The notes: a model not told the origin generated them from the sequence alone. 64,000 nt of DNA from an uncultured Anaerolineaceae bacterium (GCA_964385355.1 CAYLOO010000003.1:2879-66878), one strand, 5' to 3'; positions 1-10,362 are shown, counted from the stretch's first letter. Numbers and translations: made by a program.

Positions 1-228
1 CTCGCCAGTGATTTACCGGTTTTTCGTGAGATTCTGAATGAGGGGAACGCAGTTTTGCTCCCTCCCAATGATGTAGCGGCGTGGGATCAAGCGCTGAATC
101 AATTGATGGCGGATGATAGCCGCCGGCATTCGCTTGCGGAGAGAGCGGGTAAAGACGCCACTCAATACGACTGGCGTGACCGCGCCAGAAGGCTGCTGGA
201 TGGATTGGAAACAAACGATGCTGCATGA
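1..228 (+). CDS. Glycosyltransferase group 1 (GT4-like), C-terminal fragment; the 5' end lies outside the window
   Basis: Frame +1 is open from nt 1 to TGA 226-228. The translation LASDLPVFREILNEGNAVLLPPNDVAAWDQALNQLMADDSRRHSLAERA... resembles the C-terminal tail of GT4 enzymes. It is absent from the ORF track because it is truncated. Confidence 0.55.
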   Translation, partial: LASDLPVFREILNEGNAVLLPPNDVAAWDQALNQLMADDSRRHSLAERAGKDATQYDWRDRARRLLDGLETNDAA

Positions 229-1579
229 TCTTGGCGCGCGTTTTGGAGCATATTTACGGAAGCGGGAATTCCTATGGCCAGGCTCTCTTCTGCTGCTAGG
301 GATGCCGTTGCGCGCCTGGCTGTGGTTTAGTTATGGATCGATATCCTATGGCGATACAGGATCCTATATGCGTCTGGGGGAAGCCCTCAAAGATCTATCC
401 TTCAGCGGTTATGACGGCACACGTGTCCCCGGCTATCCGGCCTTTCTAGCGCTGCTCGATTTGCAGCCTGATCGTGTGTGGCTCGTGCAGATGCTGTTAG
501 GGTTAATGATATCCATGCTTCTCTACTGGATCACATGGCGGACGACGAACAGTATGGCGCTCGGTTTTGTCGTTGGCGCTCTCTACAATCTAATCCCCGG
601 GCAGTTCCTCTTTGAAGCCAACCTCCTGACGGAAACGCTTACAACGTTCTTTGTCGTTCTAAATCTTTGCCTGTTCGTTTGTTTCACGCGCGTTAGAAGT
701 CCTGCTCGGAGATATAGTATCGTAGTATTACTGGGCGTGGCAATCAGCGTGGTGGGCTTGATCCGTCCTTTGTTTTTCCCATTGACGATATGGTTCCTTC
801 CCTTCGTCTGGCTTGCAGCCAACGGGGATTGGAAAAAAAAGCTGCTGTTCGTGGCGTTGTATTCCCTCGGACCGATAGCCCTGCAGGGCAGCTGGTTGGT
901 CTACATGAAACAGCACTATCACGTACTATCGCCCACAGCAATGGCGGGTTACAGCCTCGTGCAGCATACGGGGGAGTACTTCGAGTTTCTTCCCGATGAG
1001 TACGCTTCTATTCGCGACACCTATATCCACTTCCGGGATGCGCAGATCACTGCGCGCGGGGTGCAGACCAATGCCATTTGGGAGGCGATCCCGGAGATCT
1101 CTAAGGCATCAGGTTTGGGTTTCTATGAGCTCGCGCGCGAGATGCAGCGGCTCTCCTGGTGGTTGATCCGGCATCATCCCGATCTCTATCTAAAGAACGT
1201 AATCGCCGGCTGGATCTCCTTCTGGAAAGCGCCCGTCTATTGGCGTCCAGAGGCGGTACAATCGGTATTCGCAGGGGGAGTCTTGAGTGGGATGGCGACT
1301 GTTGGAAGAGGAATCTCCCTGCTGGCGAATATCCTGTTCCTCGTTCTCAGCGCGTTGGTGGCCGCAAGCGCCAAGTGGCGCCGTAGATTGCAGTTCGATT
1401 TAATTTCATTGGCGGTGGGTGGGATGATCTGGATAATTTCCATCCTGCAAACGCTCCTCGATCATGGCGACAACCCGCGTTTTCTTGTGCCTTTGCAGGT
1501 ATTGGTTATTTACATGGTTGTCCGCAGTCTCTGGTTTTGGAGCAAGGGAAGAGTCGACCTGGAGGTCATTGACCATTGA
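200..1579 (+). CDS. Polytopic membrane protein, GT-C-fold (ArnT/PMT-like) glycosyltransferase candidate
   Basis: Track ORF 113..1579. Its first ~30 codons overlap the preceding CDS, so ATG 200 or ATG 218 is the likelier start. It has many long hydrophobic segments and the first-loop motif YGDTGSYMRLGEAL...RVPGYPAFLALL. Its stop overlaps the next start (TTGA). Confidence 0.5.
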   Translation: MDWKQTMLHDLGARFGAYLRKREFLWPGSLLLLGMPLRAWLWFSYGSISYGDTGSYMRLGEALKDLSFSGYDGTRVPGYPAFLALLDLQPDRVWLVQMLLGLMISMLLYWITWRTTNSMALGFVVGALYNLIPGQFLFEANLLTETLTTFFVVLNLCLFVCFTRVRSPARRYSIVVLLGVAISVVGLIRPLFFPLTIWFLPFVWLAANGDWKKKLLFVALYSLGPIALQGSWLVYMKQHYHVLSPTAMAGYSLVQHTGEYFEFLPDEYASIRDTYIHFRDAQITARGVQTNAIWEAIPEISKASGLGFYELAREMQRLSWWLIRHHPDLYLKNVIAGWISFWKAPVYWRPEAVQSVFAGGVLSGMATVGRGISLLANILFLVLSALVAASAKWRRRLQFDLISLAVGGMIWIISILQTLLDHGDNPRFLVPLQVLVIYMVVRSLWFWSKGRVDLEVIDH

Positions 1580-3156
1580 AGCGAATTGGGTTTGCCCTGG
1601 CGTGGATCCTCCCGACGCTGGCTGCTTGCACCATATTGGCCTGTTCTGATCTCGTTGGTTTCACCATCCAAGGCTGGTTGGCTTATTCACTATTAATGAG
1701 CATCTCCCTGCTCATTATTTATTTCGTTTGGAAGTTTTATAAAAATGAAGGGGCGGGCAAAGCCTTGCTTGTGGCTGCGTTAGTCGCCCTGGGTTTGCGA
1801 GTTCTCGTGGGGATCGTGCTCTATCGGGGTTTGCCAGTCTGGGGTTACGACGAGAAACCACAAAGGGCTGGTTATGTGTTCTGGGATTCTTACAAACGCG
1901 ATACCGATGCCTGGTCGCGGTCCGGAATGGACCAAGCTCTTACAACTGCGTTTACAAACCCGACGGGAAGCGACCAATACGGGGGATTGCTCTTCCTTAG
2001 TTCCAGCATCTATCGCTACCTCAGCCCGGACACCCAGCGTCCTTTATTAATCGTCGTAATGTCAGCCGCGGTTTCGGCGCTGGCGGTGCTTTTCGCTTGG
2101 GGATTTGCGGCTTCTGCTATTGGGGATAAAGCGGCGATGATTACTGCCTGGATAATTACGCTTTACCCTGAATCGGTGCTGCTGGGTTCATCGCAGATGC
2201 GTGAACCCTTTCTCATCGCCGCTCTGGCCGCTGCCTTGTATGGTTATTCGCGGATCCGCAAAGGGGAGTTGAAGGGTGGAATCACACTCGTCGTGGCATC
2301 TGCATTAATAATGGCCTTGCCGATATCACCACCATTTGTGATCGTGATCTTTGCGATTGTCGCTTCGGCCTGGTTTTGGGAAGGGCTTGGAATTGGGCGG
2401 CATAGAAAGTTGTTCGTTCTGGCTCTGCTCGGCGTGCTTATCCTGGCAGCTCTGGCCCTCGCCGTCCGTGCATGGGCGAGTTTAGATGCTATCGCCGGTT
2501 CCCCCTGGGAAGTTGTGCGAGAATGGTGGGTGAATGCAGGGGATCAATGGCGGATTACACTCGTCAGCGAGCAATCAGATATGCTCGATACCCTGCTTGA
2601 TCGTTTGCCAGGTAGTTTTCGGACTCCTTTCCTCGTCCTATATGGACTCATCCAACCCTTCTTGCCGGCTGCCTTGATTGCACCGGGCGCGCCTATCTGG
2701 CGCAGCATCGGTATTTGGCGTAGTCTGGGGTGGTTCTTGATGCTGCCGTTCCTGCTGTATGGGACTTGGCTGGCTTTCAGGAGAAAGGGATGGAGGAGTC
2801 TGGAGTTCTATCTCGCCGTTCTACTCTGGGTGACGGCGTTGGTTTCCTCCTACCGCGCCCCGGGGTACCAGTGGGATAACCCTCGCTATCGGGTACTATT
2901 CCTTGTGGCTCAGGCTGCTCTGATCGCATGGACTTGGGTTGAGGTCCGTCTAACTGAAAGCCCCTGGCTGAAACGCTGGTTCGTAATCCTTAGCGTTGAT
3001 TATCTGCTCGTTACACACTGGTACTTCGGCCGATATTACAATACGCCTACACTCAGCTTGGAAGGAATATTGGGGAGTATCCTCTTCTTCACAGCCATCT
3101 ATCTAGCAGGAACGCTCCTATCTGACGTTATTCGTACGAAAAGGCTACGGGGGTAG
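1576..3156 (+). CDS. Polytopic membrane protein, possible GT-C-like glycosyltransferase
   Basis: 526-aa ORF whose TTG start overlaps the upstream TGA. Hydrophobic helices run throughout, and the loop motif [25 protein letters not shown] is acidic/aromatic. The family was not recognised precisely. Confidence 0.4.
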   Translation: MKRIGFALAWILPTLAACTILACSDLVGFTIQGWLAYSLLMSISLLIIYFVWKFYKNEGAGKALLVAALVALGLRVLVGIVLYRGLPVWGYDEKPQRAGYVFWDSYKRDTDAWSRSGMDQALTTAFTNPTGSDQYGGLLFLSSSIYRYLSPDTQRPLLIVVMSAAVSALAVLFAWGFAASAIGDKAAMITAWIITLYPESVLLGSSQMREPFLIAALAAALYGYSRIRKGELKGGITLVVASALIMALPISPPFVIVIFAIVASAWFWEGLGIGRHRKLFVLALLGVLILAALALAVRAWASLDAIAGSPWEVVREWWVNAGDQWRITLVSEQSDMLDTLLDRLPGSFRTPFLVLYGLIQPFLPAALIAPGAPIWRSIGIWRSLGWFLMLPFLLYGTWLAFRRKGWRSLEFYLAVLLWVTALVSSYRAPGYQWDNPRYRVLFLVAQAALIAWTWVEVRLTESPWLKRWFVILSVDYLLVTHWYFGRYYNTPTLSLEGILGSILFFTAIYLAGTLLSDVIRTKRLRG

Positions 3157-3176
3157 AGAGAAGCCATCTTGAGGGG

Positions 3177-3195
3177 TATAATTCAGCGATTGAAT
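3177..3195 (+). promoter_or_regulatory. TATAAT box (3177-3182) fused to palindrome ATTCA-GCGAT-TGAAT (3181-3195), upstream of gmd
   Basis: The sequence is TATAATTCAGCGATTGAAT, about 40 nt upstream of ATG 3234. It is nearly identical to TATAATTCAGCCACTGAAT at 12512-12530. No good -35 element was seen. Confidence 0.45.
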
Positions 3196-3233
3196 ATTGG
3201 TTCACAAGATTACATGCCAGAGGGAATTGGAAA

Positions 3234-4319
3234 ATGACGAAAGCTTTAATCACCGGTATCACGGGACAGGACGGCTCATATCTGGCAGAGTTGTTGTTGT
3301 ACAAGGGATATGAAGTTCATGGCCTGATTCGGATAACGAGTACGTTTAACACTGAACGCATCGACCATATCTACCAGGACCCACATGACCCCACTGCGAA
3401 GCTGTTCCTGCACTACGGAAACCTGTCGAATGGCGAGCAACTAACGAATATGATCTATAACATTCAGCCGGACGAGATCTACCACATGGGGGCACAATCG
3501 CACGTCAAAGTAAGTTTTGATATGCCGGAGTATACGGGTAACGTAACCGGATTGGGGACGACGCGCATCTTGGAAGCTGTAAGGCGAAGCGGGATTATTA
3601 CACGCTTCTACCAGGCGTCCTCCAGCGAGATGTTCGGCAATGCGCCGCCCCCGCAAAGTGAGGAGACGGTTTTCGAACCGCGCAGCCCGTATGCGATCGC
3701 GAAAGTGTACGCTTATTGGATGACTGTTAACTACCGTGAAGCTTACGATATGTTTGCGGCGAATGGGATATTGTTTAACCACGAAAGCCCTAGGAGGGGA
3801 CCGACGTTCCTGTCGCGTAAAGTGACACGGGCTGTGGCGAGGATCAAGGCCGGACTGCAGCACAAAGTATATCTCGGGAATCTCGACTCGCGCCGTGATT
3901 ACGGATATACGCCGGAGTACGTCGAAGTCATGTGGCAAATCTTGCAGCAGGATCAACCCGACAACTTCGTCATCGGAACTGGGGTCGCCCCAACCATCCG
4001 TGAGTTTGTCGAAGAAGCCTTTACCTACGCTGACATGGATTGGCAGGAGTATGTGGAGATCGACCCGCGCTATTTTCGACCGACGGAGGTCGATTACCTT
4101 CATGCCGACCCTTCAAAAGCTCGCCGTCAATTAGGATGGGAACCTAAGATTACATATAAGAAATTAGTGCCCATCATGGTTGATGCAGACCTCGAGGCGG
4201 TCGGGCAGGAACCCATCGGAGAGGGCTTGAAGATACTGGATGAGCACTTCGGCGATTGGCATCGCTGGGATACGGGGGTTACGGCAGTGATTCAGAACGC
4301 CGGTAACGGCGTGGATTGA
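3234..4319 (+). CDS. gmd: GDP-mannose 4,6-dehydratase
   Basis: 361 aa. The N-terminus [33 protein letters not shown] and downstream motifs ([31 protein letters not shown]) are canonical Gmd. RBS GAGGGA lies upstream. Confidence 0.95.
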   Translation: MTKALITGITGQDGSYLAELLLYKGYEVHGLIRITSTFNTERIDHIYQDPHDPTAKLFLHYGNLSNGEQLTNMIYNIQPDEIYHMGAQSHVKVSFDMPEYTGNVTGLGTTRILEAVRRSGIITRFYQASSSEMFGNAPPPQSEETVFEPRSPYAIAKVYAYWMTVNYREAYDMFAANGILFNHESPRRGPTFLSRKVTRAVARIKAGLQHKVYLGNLDSRRDYGYTPEYVEVMWQILQQDQPDNFVIGTGVAPTIREFVEEAFTYADMDWQEYVEIDPRYFRPTEVDYLHADPSKARRQLGWEPKITYKKLVPIMVDADLEAVGQEPIGEGLKILDEHFGDWHRWDTGVTAVIQNAGNGVD

Positions 4320-4498
4320 ACTCTCTGTTTTGTGTAACTTGATTAGATCTTTGCAGAGAGCCTCTTTTCTGCCAGCGTTGTTACACATTTGAGTGGCTTC
4401 AGTCTTCTTGCTTGGCTTTTGTTAAAACCAATGGTCAGTCTTAGCCAACCACTATTCGAATCTGACGATACTGCGGTATCTATATAAAGGATCGAGGC

Positions 4499-6376
4499 TT
4501 GAAGAGTATCGATCGTTTTGCTCACCGTCTTGTAAGTGTACGTTTCCTGCCAGAAGTTCTCGCTCTTCTGGGTGGAGTAGCTTACTTAATTCACGCCTGG
4601 GGGCATGTGCATGGTCAGGTTTCAGTTATTGACGAAGGGCTCTATCTTTTTAAAGGCTTCCAATTTGCTTTAGGTAATTACCAGCCTTTCCAGGATTACG
4701 GTCCACTAACAAATCACATGCCTTTATCGTTTCTCATTCCAGGGTGGGTGCAAGTCTTATTTGGTGCCGGACTTCGTACAGCACGTTATTACGCTTTGAG
4801 TCTGGGTATTTTAATAGTCGTGGGCTTATGGGTGGCATCACGACGATTTACGGGTCCCTGGATGGCTGCGGTTGGTATATGGGCGGTTGCCCTCAACCCT
4901 GCATTAGTCAAAATTTTCAGTCAAGCGACTTCCCAGGTGCTTGTAGCGGCGATGCTGATTTGGTCACTGGCGCTTACATTAGGTGATGGACGTAAGCCCT
5001 GGCAGCTATTCTTAGGCACACTTCTTGGTGGGTTGATAGCTCTGACACGCATTAATATGGTTCCCTTTCCGCTGCTTCTAATTGCATATATCTTTTGGCA
5101 GCATGGGAGAAAGTCGGGATATTGGAGTCTCATCACAGGTGTTGCGATCGTCCTTTTAGGTCATGCTGTATATTGGCCAGATATCCTGAAATTGTGGGCG
5201 AAGTGGATGCCAGCCTCGCTGACCCCTTTCTTAAATTCATTCCGAGAGACAGCCGGGGGGGAACCGGTGTGGGGTCCGGTTAACTTCCTCGGAAGTCGTT
5301 TTCGGATTTTATTTTCCAGCCTTCGTTTACATCTATTATCAGCCCTTGGCTTGATCAGCTTTTGGTTGGTTTTCCAATTCAATCCGAAGAACCGTGAGGG
5401 GAAAACAGACTTTAAAATTGGTTTGTTTTTGTCTGTACTTTACCTAACCTTGATGACAATGCACATATGGGCATCCCTGGGGTTGGAGTATTGCCCATTT
5501 TGTTTACACAATTATTTCGCATTCTTCCACCTTGCAGGTTTGCTGCTATTCATTCTAATGGGCAAATATGCTCTCAGAAGAACAGCGTCTTTTCGGGGAA
5601 TAGCGCTTATCTTAATTCTAATTTTCGTGCCTATTCTGTTTGGCATGTCGCTTGACTCGAGTCTTAGTGAATCGTTACTCGAAACTCAGGTTCCAAGATT
5701 GTCGAACCAGCGATTGGAGCCGGGGACGGTTTTACTTTTACATGCAATTGAAAGCAAGTACAGTATTACGAGCGATGAAATAATTTCTTGGACTAGTCTT
5801 CTGTTGAACGCAGTTATGATGGGCTTTGCTTCAGTGTTTCTCTATTATGCTGTTAGGGTAGTGTATTATCGAGAAAGGTTTGTCAACAGGAACTTCTTAG
5901 GGGTATTTGTGGGAGCGTTTATTGGGATAGAATTAGTGTTGGCAACGATTGTATTTGGCAACACGTATCGTTCTTATGATTGTGGAAAAGATATTATTAC
6001 GGCGCATGAGAAAGTGGGGGAGTACTTGGCTGAGAGAATACCAGCTGATTCACTAATCTATTGGGGGGTTGGCCGATCTCCAGTGCCCCTCCTGTATCTA
6101 TCGAATGCTATAACTTTCCCACCTCAATTAAACGGGGACTACACGCTAAGAGGTGGAGGTGACTCTGATGAATTATTACGATTTGGATACTGGAATGATC
6201 AATTGGCAAATAATTGGTTAGCGGATGCGGATTATATTATGGTTGAGAAGCGGAATTATAGTTCGACAGTTGCGGGATTCCTTGATCCTTTTCACTATGA
6301 TGAGTTTGAACCAACTCCTCCCACTGATCCATGCCGTGAAGATTCCTCGATCCTGGTTTTTAGGAGAATACCGTGA
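4499..6376 (+). CDS. Polytopic membrane protein, GT-C-fold glycosyltransferase candidate with hydrophilic C-terminal domain
   Basis: 625 aa with a TTG start. First-loop motif VSVIDEGLYLFKG...PLTNHMPLSFLIPG, more than 10 hydrophobic segments, and a soluble tail of about 130 aa. A hand-counted line (5881-5940) is 40% GC, lower than its neighbours. Confidence 0.5.
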   Translation: MKSIDRFAHRLVSVRFLPEVLALLGGVAYLIHAWGHVHGQVSVIDEGLYLFKGFQFALGNYQPFQDYGPLTNHMPLSFLIPGWVQVLFGAGLRTARYYALSLGILIVVGLWVASRRFTGPWMAAVGIWAVALNPALVKIFSQATSQVLVAAMLIWSLALTLGDGRKPWQLFLGTLLGGLIALTRINMVPFPLLLIAYIFWQHGRKSGYWSLITGVAIVLLGHAVYWPDILKLWAKWMPASLTPFLNSFRETAGGEPVWGPVNFLGSRFRILFSSLRLHLLSALGLISFWLVFQFNPKNREGKTDFKIGLFLSVLYLTLMTMHIWASLGLEYCPFCLHNYFAFFHLAGLLLFILMGKYALRRTASFRGIALILILIFVPILFGMSLDSSLSESLLETQVPRLSNQRLEPGTVLLLHAIESKYSITSDEIISWTSLLLNAVMMGFASVFLYYAVRVVYYRERFVNRNFLGVFVGAFIGIELVLATIVFGNTYRSYDCGKDIITAHEKVGEYLAERIPADSLIYWGVGRSPVPLLYLSNAITFPPQLNGDYTLRGGGDSDELLRFGYWNDQLANNWLADADYIMVEKRNYSSTVAGFLDPFHYDEFEPTPPTDPCREDSSILVFRRIP

Positions 6377-7326
6377 AGATCTCCGTTGTTGTTCCCGTAT
6401 ATAACGAGGCCGAAAGCCTGCATCCCCTCTTTCAGGCGATTAATGAGGCATTAGCTGGCTTCTCCTACGAAATCATATTCGTGGATGATGGCTCAAAAGA
6501 TGGGAGTGTCGACATCCTCTTCGAAATTGCTCAAGAAGCGAGGGATATTGTCAGCGTAATTCAATTCCGCAGGAATTTTGGACAGACAGCCGCGATCGCG
6601 GCAGGCCTCGATTATTCGGCTGGAGAGATTATTATTCTCTTGGATGCCGATCTTCAAAATGACCCCGCAGATATCCCCATGCTCGTTGAGAAGATCGATG
6701 AAGGCTATGATGTCGTTTCTGGGTGGCGGGTGGATCGGAAAGATACGCTGATAACCCGCACGATCCCCTCCAGGATGGCGAATTGGTTGATCTCGACAGT
6801 TACGGGTGTCAAATTGCACGATTACGGCTGCACATTGAAGGCGTACCGGAGGGATGTCTTTGAGGGATTCCGCCTTTATGGTGAGATGCACCGCTTCATT
6901 CCAGCGTATGCAGTATCTGTGGGGGCTCGCATCATAGAGGTTCCGGTTCAACACCACCCAAGGCGTTTTGGTAAGACAAAATACGGCTTGAGCCGTACGA
7001 TCAAAGTCCTGCTTGACTTATTCACGGTGAAGTTCCTCATCAGTTATGGGCATAAGCCGATCTACCTCTTTGGTGGCGCAGGCATCCTGCTCATCGTGCC
7101 AAGCGTTCTCATTTTATTCTTCCTCATCGTACGCAGACTGTGGCTTGGAATCTCCATTCTTGGGTCGCCGCTGCTTCAACTCAGTACGATGACTATGATC
7201 ATGGGCTTCCAATCGATCTTAATGGGACTGATAGCGGAGTTATTAGTCCGTATTTATCATGAGTCACAGGCCAAGCCAACGTATTCCATCCGCAAGGTCG
7301 TAGCTCCGTCGCGCTCTGAAGCATGA
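6373..7326 (+). CDS. GT2 polyprenyl-phosphate glycosyltransferase (Dpm1/ArnC/GtrB-like)
   Basis: Motifs KISVVVPVYNEAESL, IFVDDGSKDGS and LDADLQNDP, plus two C-terminal TM helices (IYLFGGAGILLIVPSVLILFFLIV, LSTMTMIMGFQSILMGLIAELLV). The GTG start overlaps the upstream stop (GTGA). Confidence 0.85.
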   Translation: MKISVVVPVYNEAESLHPLFQAINEALAGFSYEIIFVDDGSKDGSVDILFEIAQEARDIVSVIQFRRNFGQTAAIAAGLDYSAGEIIILLDADLQNDPADIPMLVEKIDEGYDVVSGWRVDRKDTLITRTIPSRMANWLISTVTGVKLHDYGCTLKAYRRDVFEGFRLYGEMHRFIPAYAVSVGARIIEVPVQHHPRRFGKTKYGLSRTIKVLLDLFTVKFLISYGHKPIYLFGGAGILLIVPSVLILFFLIVRRLWLGISILGSPLLQLSTMTMIMGFQSILMGLIAELLVRIYHESQAKPTYSIRKVVAPSRSEA

Positions 7327-8303
7327 AGCTGCGCCCCGACTTTTTTTCGCGTAAAAACATCATCAGGGTGATTGGAACCTTTCTCTCCATCGCTCTGCTT
7401 ATTTATCTTCTAAGTCAGCAGGGTTGGAGCGAGATCGTCGATGCTTTACGCCAGATCCCCCCAATCCATTTGGTGCTGGTTGTCATCCTAATGGCGATCT
7501 CCCGGATTTCTGTGGGAGCGCGTTGGTATTCCCTTCTTCGGTCTACAACACCGAATATATCGTTTGCGGAAAGTCTGCGGATGACATTCGCAGGTCTGTT
7601 TGCCGCGAATTTCCTTCCGACGACCATTGGTGGAGATGTCGTTCGTTTAGCAGGAACATTGCCACGCTCAGAAGATCGTGTCGGGAGTGCTGCGTCCATT
7701 GCCGCAGACCGTCTCGTAGGGCTTTCTGGGATGGCGATGGCGATTCCCTTAGGACTCGGTGTATTGATCGATTGGATTCAAACGAACGCAGTTGCTGGGG
7801 GTTTATTCTTACAAGTCGTGAGAATCTCCGGTTTTGCTGTAGCGCTCACATTCAATTGGTCTGACGCCTGGACCAAATTCATCAAGATGTTCCGTCGATT
7901 GATCGACGTGATTGTCATGTGGATTCGCCGTCCGCGCGCCTTGATTGCAGCTTTTGGGTTCACTTGGCTGCATATGGCTTGTTTATTTTCCTTATTATGG
8001 CTGTTGCTTACAGGCATGGGACAGACGATATCATTTCCCATGGTCGCGGGTCTTTGGAGTTTTACGTATCTGATAACTCTCATGCCTTTCTCGATTAATG
8101 GTCTGGGAATCCGCGAAGTATCGATCTCGTATATTTTCACGAACTTGGGTGGCGTTTCGATTCAGAGTGCACTGACACTTGCCCTTATCGTGAGAACATT
8201 GGAAATGATCGCAAGCGTTCCCGGAGTATTTTTCCTCCCGGCCATTCTCTCAAGTGCAAACGGGGGGATTAAAGCCGGGGTTGAAGCGGATGCTTCGCCA
8301 TAG
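7323..8303 (+). CDS. Flippase-like membrane protein (lysyl-phosphatidylglycerol synthase TM-region / UPF0104 family)
   Basis: 326 aa and multi-TM. It carries the GGDVVRL motif after a basic N-terminus, which is typical of this family, and is commonly paired with a GT2. Its ATG overlaps the upstream TGA (ATGA). Confidence 0.65.
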   Translation: MKLRPDFFSRKNIIRVIGTFLSIALLIYLLSQQGWSEIVDALRQIPPIHLVLVVILMAISRISVGARWYSLLRSTTPNISFAESLRMTFAGLFAANFLPTTIGGDVVRLAGTLPRSEDRVGSAASIAADRLVGLSGMAMAIPLGLGVLIDWIQTNAVAGGLFLQVVRISGFAVALTFNWSDAWTKFIKMFRRLIDVIVMWIRRPRALIAAFGFTWLHMACLFSLLWLLLTGMGQTISFPMVAGLWSFTYLITLMPFSINGLGIREVSISYIFTNLGGVSIQSALTLALIVRTLEMIASVPGVFFLPAILSSANGGIKAGVEADASP

Positions 8304-8309
8304 AGGACA

Positions 8310-10298
8310 ATGAGTGTGGAAAACTCTCTGAGCGATCGCCTCACCGGGTTGCGGTTCATTCTCTCTGTGACCATTTGGCTAACACTGGGAGCTGTCGTTG
8401 ATCAGTTTCGATTTGCTCAGGAAATCCAGATCCTACCAGTATCGTGGAAGTGGAGGCTGGCACTTCTCCTGGGTGGAGTAGTACTGGCTGTTGAGATAGC
8501 AACTCTCCTCGTTACCTGGACAGCCCTGAGCGATCCGATCACCCGATGGGCCAATAAAATTGCTTCTTTTGTTGAGCGCCTAGGGGTCCTTCGTTATCCG
8601 ATCCTCGCCTTCCTACTGCTGCTTTTACCATTCTTAGTCATGGGGCCATATGGGTATTATTTTCAATCCATTTGCTTACGAGCCCTGGTCTTCTGGTTCA
8701 TACTCATTTTAAACTCTCTAATCCTTCAAAGTATGCGTCCACATTGGACCTACACGAACATCTTCTTGGGCTTAGCGCTCATGCAAGGTGTGCTTTATCG
8801 CATAGCGGTGTTTTTACCGGATCTCTCCATTTATCCGTTCTCATTGGGATGGTCTGAAGCCAGTAGATATTATTACGCATCCTTATTCTTTTCCGAGCGA
8901 ATCTATGACTTGCAGATGAGCCCAAGTGTGCTTCACCCAACACGCTATCTTCTCCAGTCGATACCATTCTTGTTGCCTGGCTCAGCGCTCTGGATGCACC
9001 GCCTTTGGCAAGTTGTTCTATGGCTTGCAACCACTTTTGGGGCGTCGTATCTGCTGACGAAAAGGCTTAAGCTGACGCGGGGATGGTCAGCTGTACTCGC
9101 GATGGCATGGGCGTTCCTATTCTTTTTCCAGGGACCGGTCTACTACCACCTACAAATTACGATCATCCTTATCTTGTGGTGCTTCGATCGAGATAAACCT
9201 GTGCGTACTTTGGTCGTTGTTCTGGTTGCTTCAGCCTGGGCAGGAATCAGCCGAATCAATTGGTTCCCCGTTCCGGGATTGATCGCTGCGCTGCTGTATT
9301 TCTTTGAGACTCTAAGAGGTAATAAATCAGCAGTACGGTATCTTGCATGGCCAGCTATTTTCGTTTTATCTGGCACAATCTCTGCGTTTCTCAGCCAATC
9401 AGCATATGTAACTCTATCAGGGCAGGACGTAAATCGCTTCACGTCCAGTTTCGGCTCCCAGCTCCTTTGGTACAGATTGCTGCCGAATCCCACCTATCCC
9501 TTAGGGGTGCTGCCGGCGATCTTGCTGGCATCATTGCCGGTTTTACTTCTGATGTTAAATCACTGGCGGTCAGGCAAAGGGACCATAGCTCCGCTTCGCC
9601 TGCTTGGGGTTGTCGCCATCACACTGGTGCTTTTCGGGGGCGGTCTGGTGGTGAGTACGAAAATCGGTGGGGGGAGCAACCTGCATAACCTTGATGCCTA
9701 TCTGGTGGTTCTTGCAGTATCTGGTGCCTATATCTTTGCAGGGGGTATTGAGCCCGAGATGGGTGGTGAGGGCGACGAGTTCTATCCAGCCTTGCCTATA
9801 AAAGGACTCCTGGTTGGCATCCCGATCCTATTTGTTCTTGGTGTTGGATCGACAATCGTTAGCTACGATGCGGGACAAGCACAGAGTGCGCTTGATCTTG
9901 TGCAGGAATATGCACAAGGCGCGGCGATTGCAGAGGGCGAGGTGCTCTTCATCTCTCAAAGGCACTTACTGACTTTCGATTTGGTCCAGGACGTGCCGCT
10001 TATCCCTGAGTTCGAGACTGTCTTCCTGATGGAAATGGCCATGTCGGGGAACCAGGCGTATCTTGAGGATTTTCATGACGACCTGAGAGACGGCAGGTTT
10101 GGGTTGATCATAGTTGCGACTCTTGAGAGAGGATATCAAGGCAGATCTCATGCCTTCGGGGAGGAAAATGACGCCTGGGTGCGGGAGGTGTCCGAGCCGA
10201 TCCTTTGCTACTACACGCCAATAGAAACACTGGATTCGCCCCGATTGCAATTGTTAGCGCCGCGGGCAGAGTCTGAATGGTGCGAGTGGGCGAAGTAA
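8310..10298 (+). CDS. Large polytopic membrane protein with soluble C-terminal domain, GT-C-like candidate
   Basis: 662 aa, with RBS GAGGA before ATG 8310. There are more than 12 hydrophobic segments and then a hydrophilic tail of about 150 aa (VLFISQRHLLTFDL...GLIIVATLERG). The family is not recognised. Confidence 0.4.
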   Translation: MSVENSLSDRLTGLRFILSVTIWLTLGAVVDQFRFAQEIQILPVSWKWRLALLLGGVVLAVEIATLLVTWTALSDPITRWANKIASFVERLGVLRYPILAFLLLLLPFLVMGPYGYYFQSICLRALVFWFILILNSLILQSMRPHWTYTNIFLGLALMQGVLYRIAVFLPDLSIYPFSLGWSEASRYYYASLFFSERIYDLQMSPSVLHPTRYLLQSIPFLLPGSALWMHRLWQVVLWLATTFGASYLLTKRLKLTRGWSAVLAMAWAFLFFFQGPVYYHLQITIILILWCFDRDKPVRTLVVVLVASAWAGISRINWFPVPGLIAALLYFFETLRGNKSAVRYLAWPAIFVLSGTISAFLSQSAYVTLSGQDVNRFTSSFGSQLLWYRLLPNPTYPLGVLPAILLASLPVLLLMLNHWRSGKGTIAPLRLLGVVAITLVLFGGGLVVSTKIGGGSNLHNLDAYLVVLAVSGAYIFAGGIEPEMGGEGDEFYPALPIKGLLVGIPILFVLGVGSTIVSYDAGQAQSALDLVQEYAQGAAIAEGEVLFISQRHLLTFDLVQDVPLIPEFETVFLMEMAMSGNQAYLEDFHDDLRDGRFGLIIVATLERGYQGRSHAFGEENDAWVREVSEPILCYYTPIETLDSPRLQLLAPRAESEWCEWAK

Positions 10299-10362
10299 AA
10301 AGGGGAGGGTTGACAAGCGAATGGCCTATGGGGAGAAACCTGCGCGGCATCTCTAAGATGGC

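Noticed and set aside
113-199. N-terminal extensions of track ORFs: 113-199, 16196-16261, 20677-20778, 27542-27691, 28605-28646, 38687-38899 (minus strand) and 51163-51186.
   Set aside because: These extensions overlap the preceding gene or an AT-rich spacer and lack an RBS. Internal starts with a GGAGG-like RBS or stop/start overlap give N-termini that match paralogues or known families.
3441-4103. A 220-aa ORF on the minus strand inside gmd. Similar long antisense ORFs lie at 6493-6957, 11229-11798, 15552-16043, 24685-25137, 25369-25770, 46587-46988, 48680-49177 and 50517-50999.
   Set aside because: Each lies fully antisense to a + strand gene with strong family motifs. Their translations are Arg/Ser/Pro-rich with no recognisable motifs and no RBS, which is typical of shadow ORFs in moderately GC-rich coding DNA.
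7424-7864. A 146-aa Cys/Arg-rich ORF in an alternative + frame inside the flippase-like gene.
   Set aside because: It overlaps a well-supported membrane-protein frame over its whole length. It has no RBS and low-complexity composition, so it is most likely a frame artefact.
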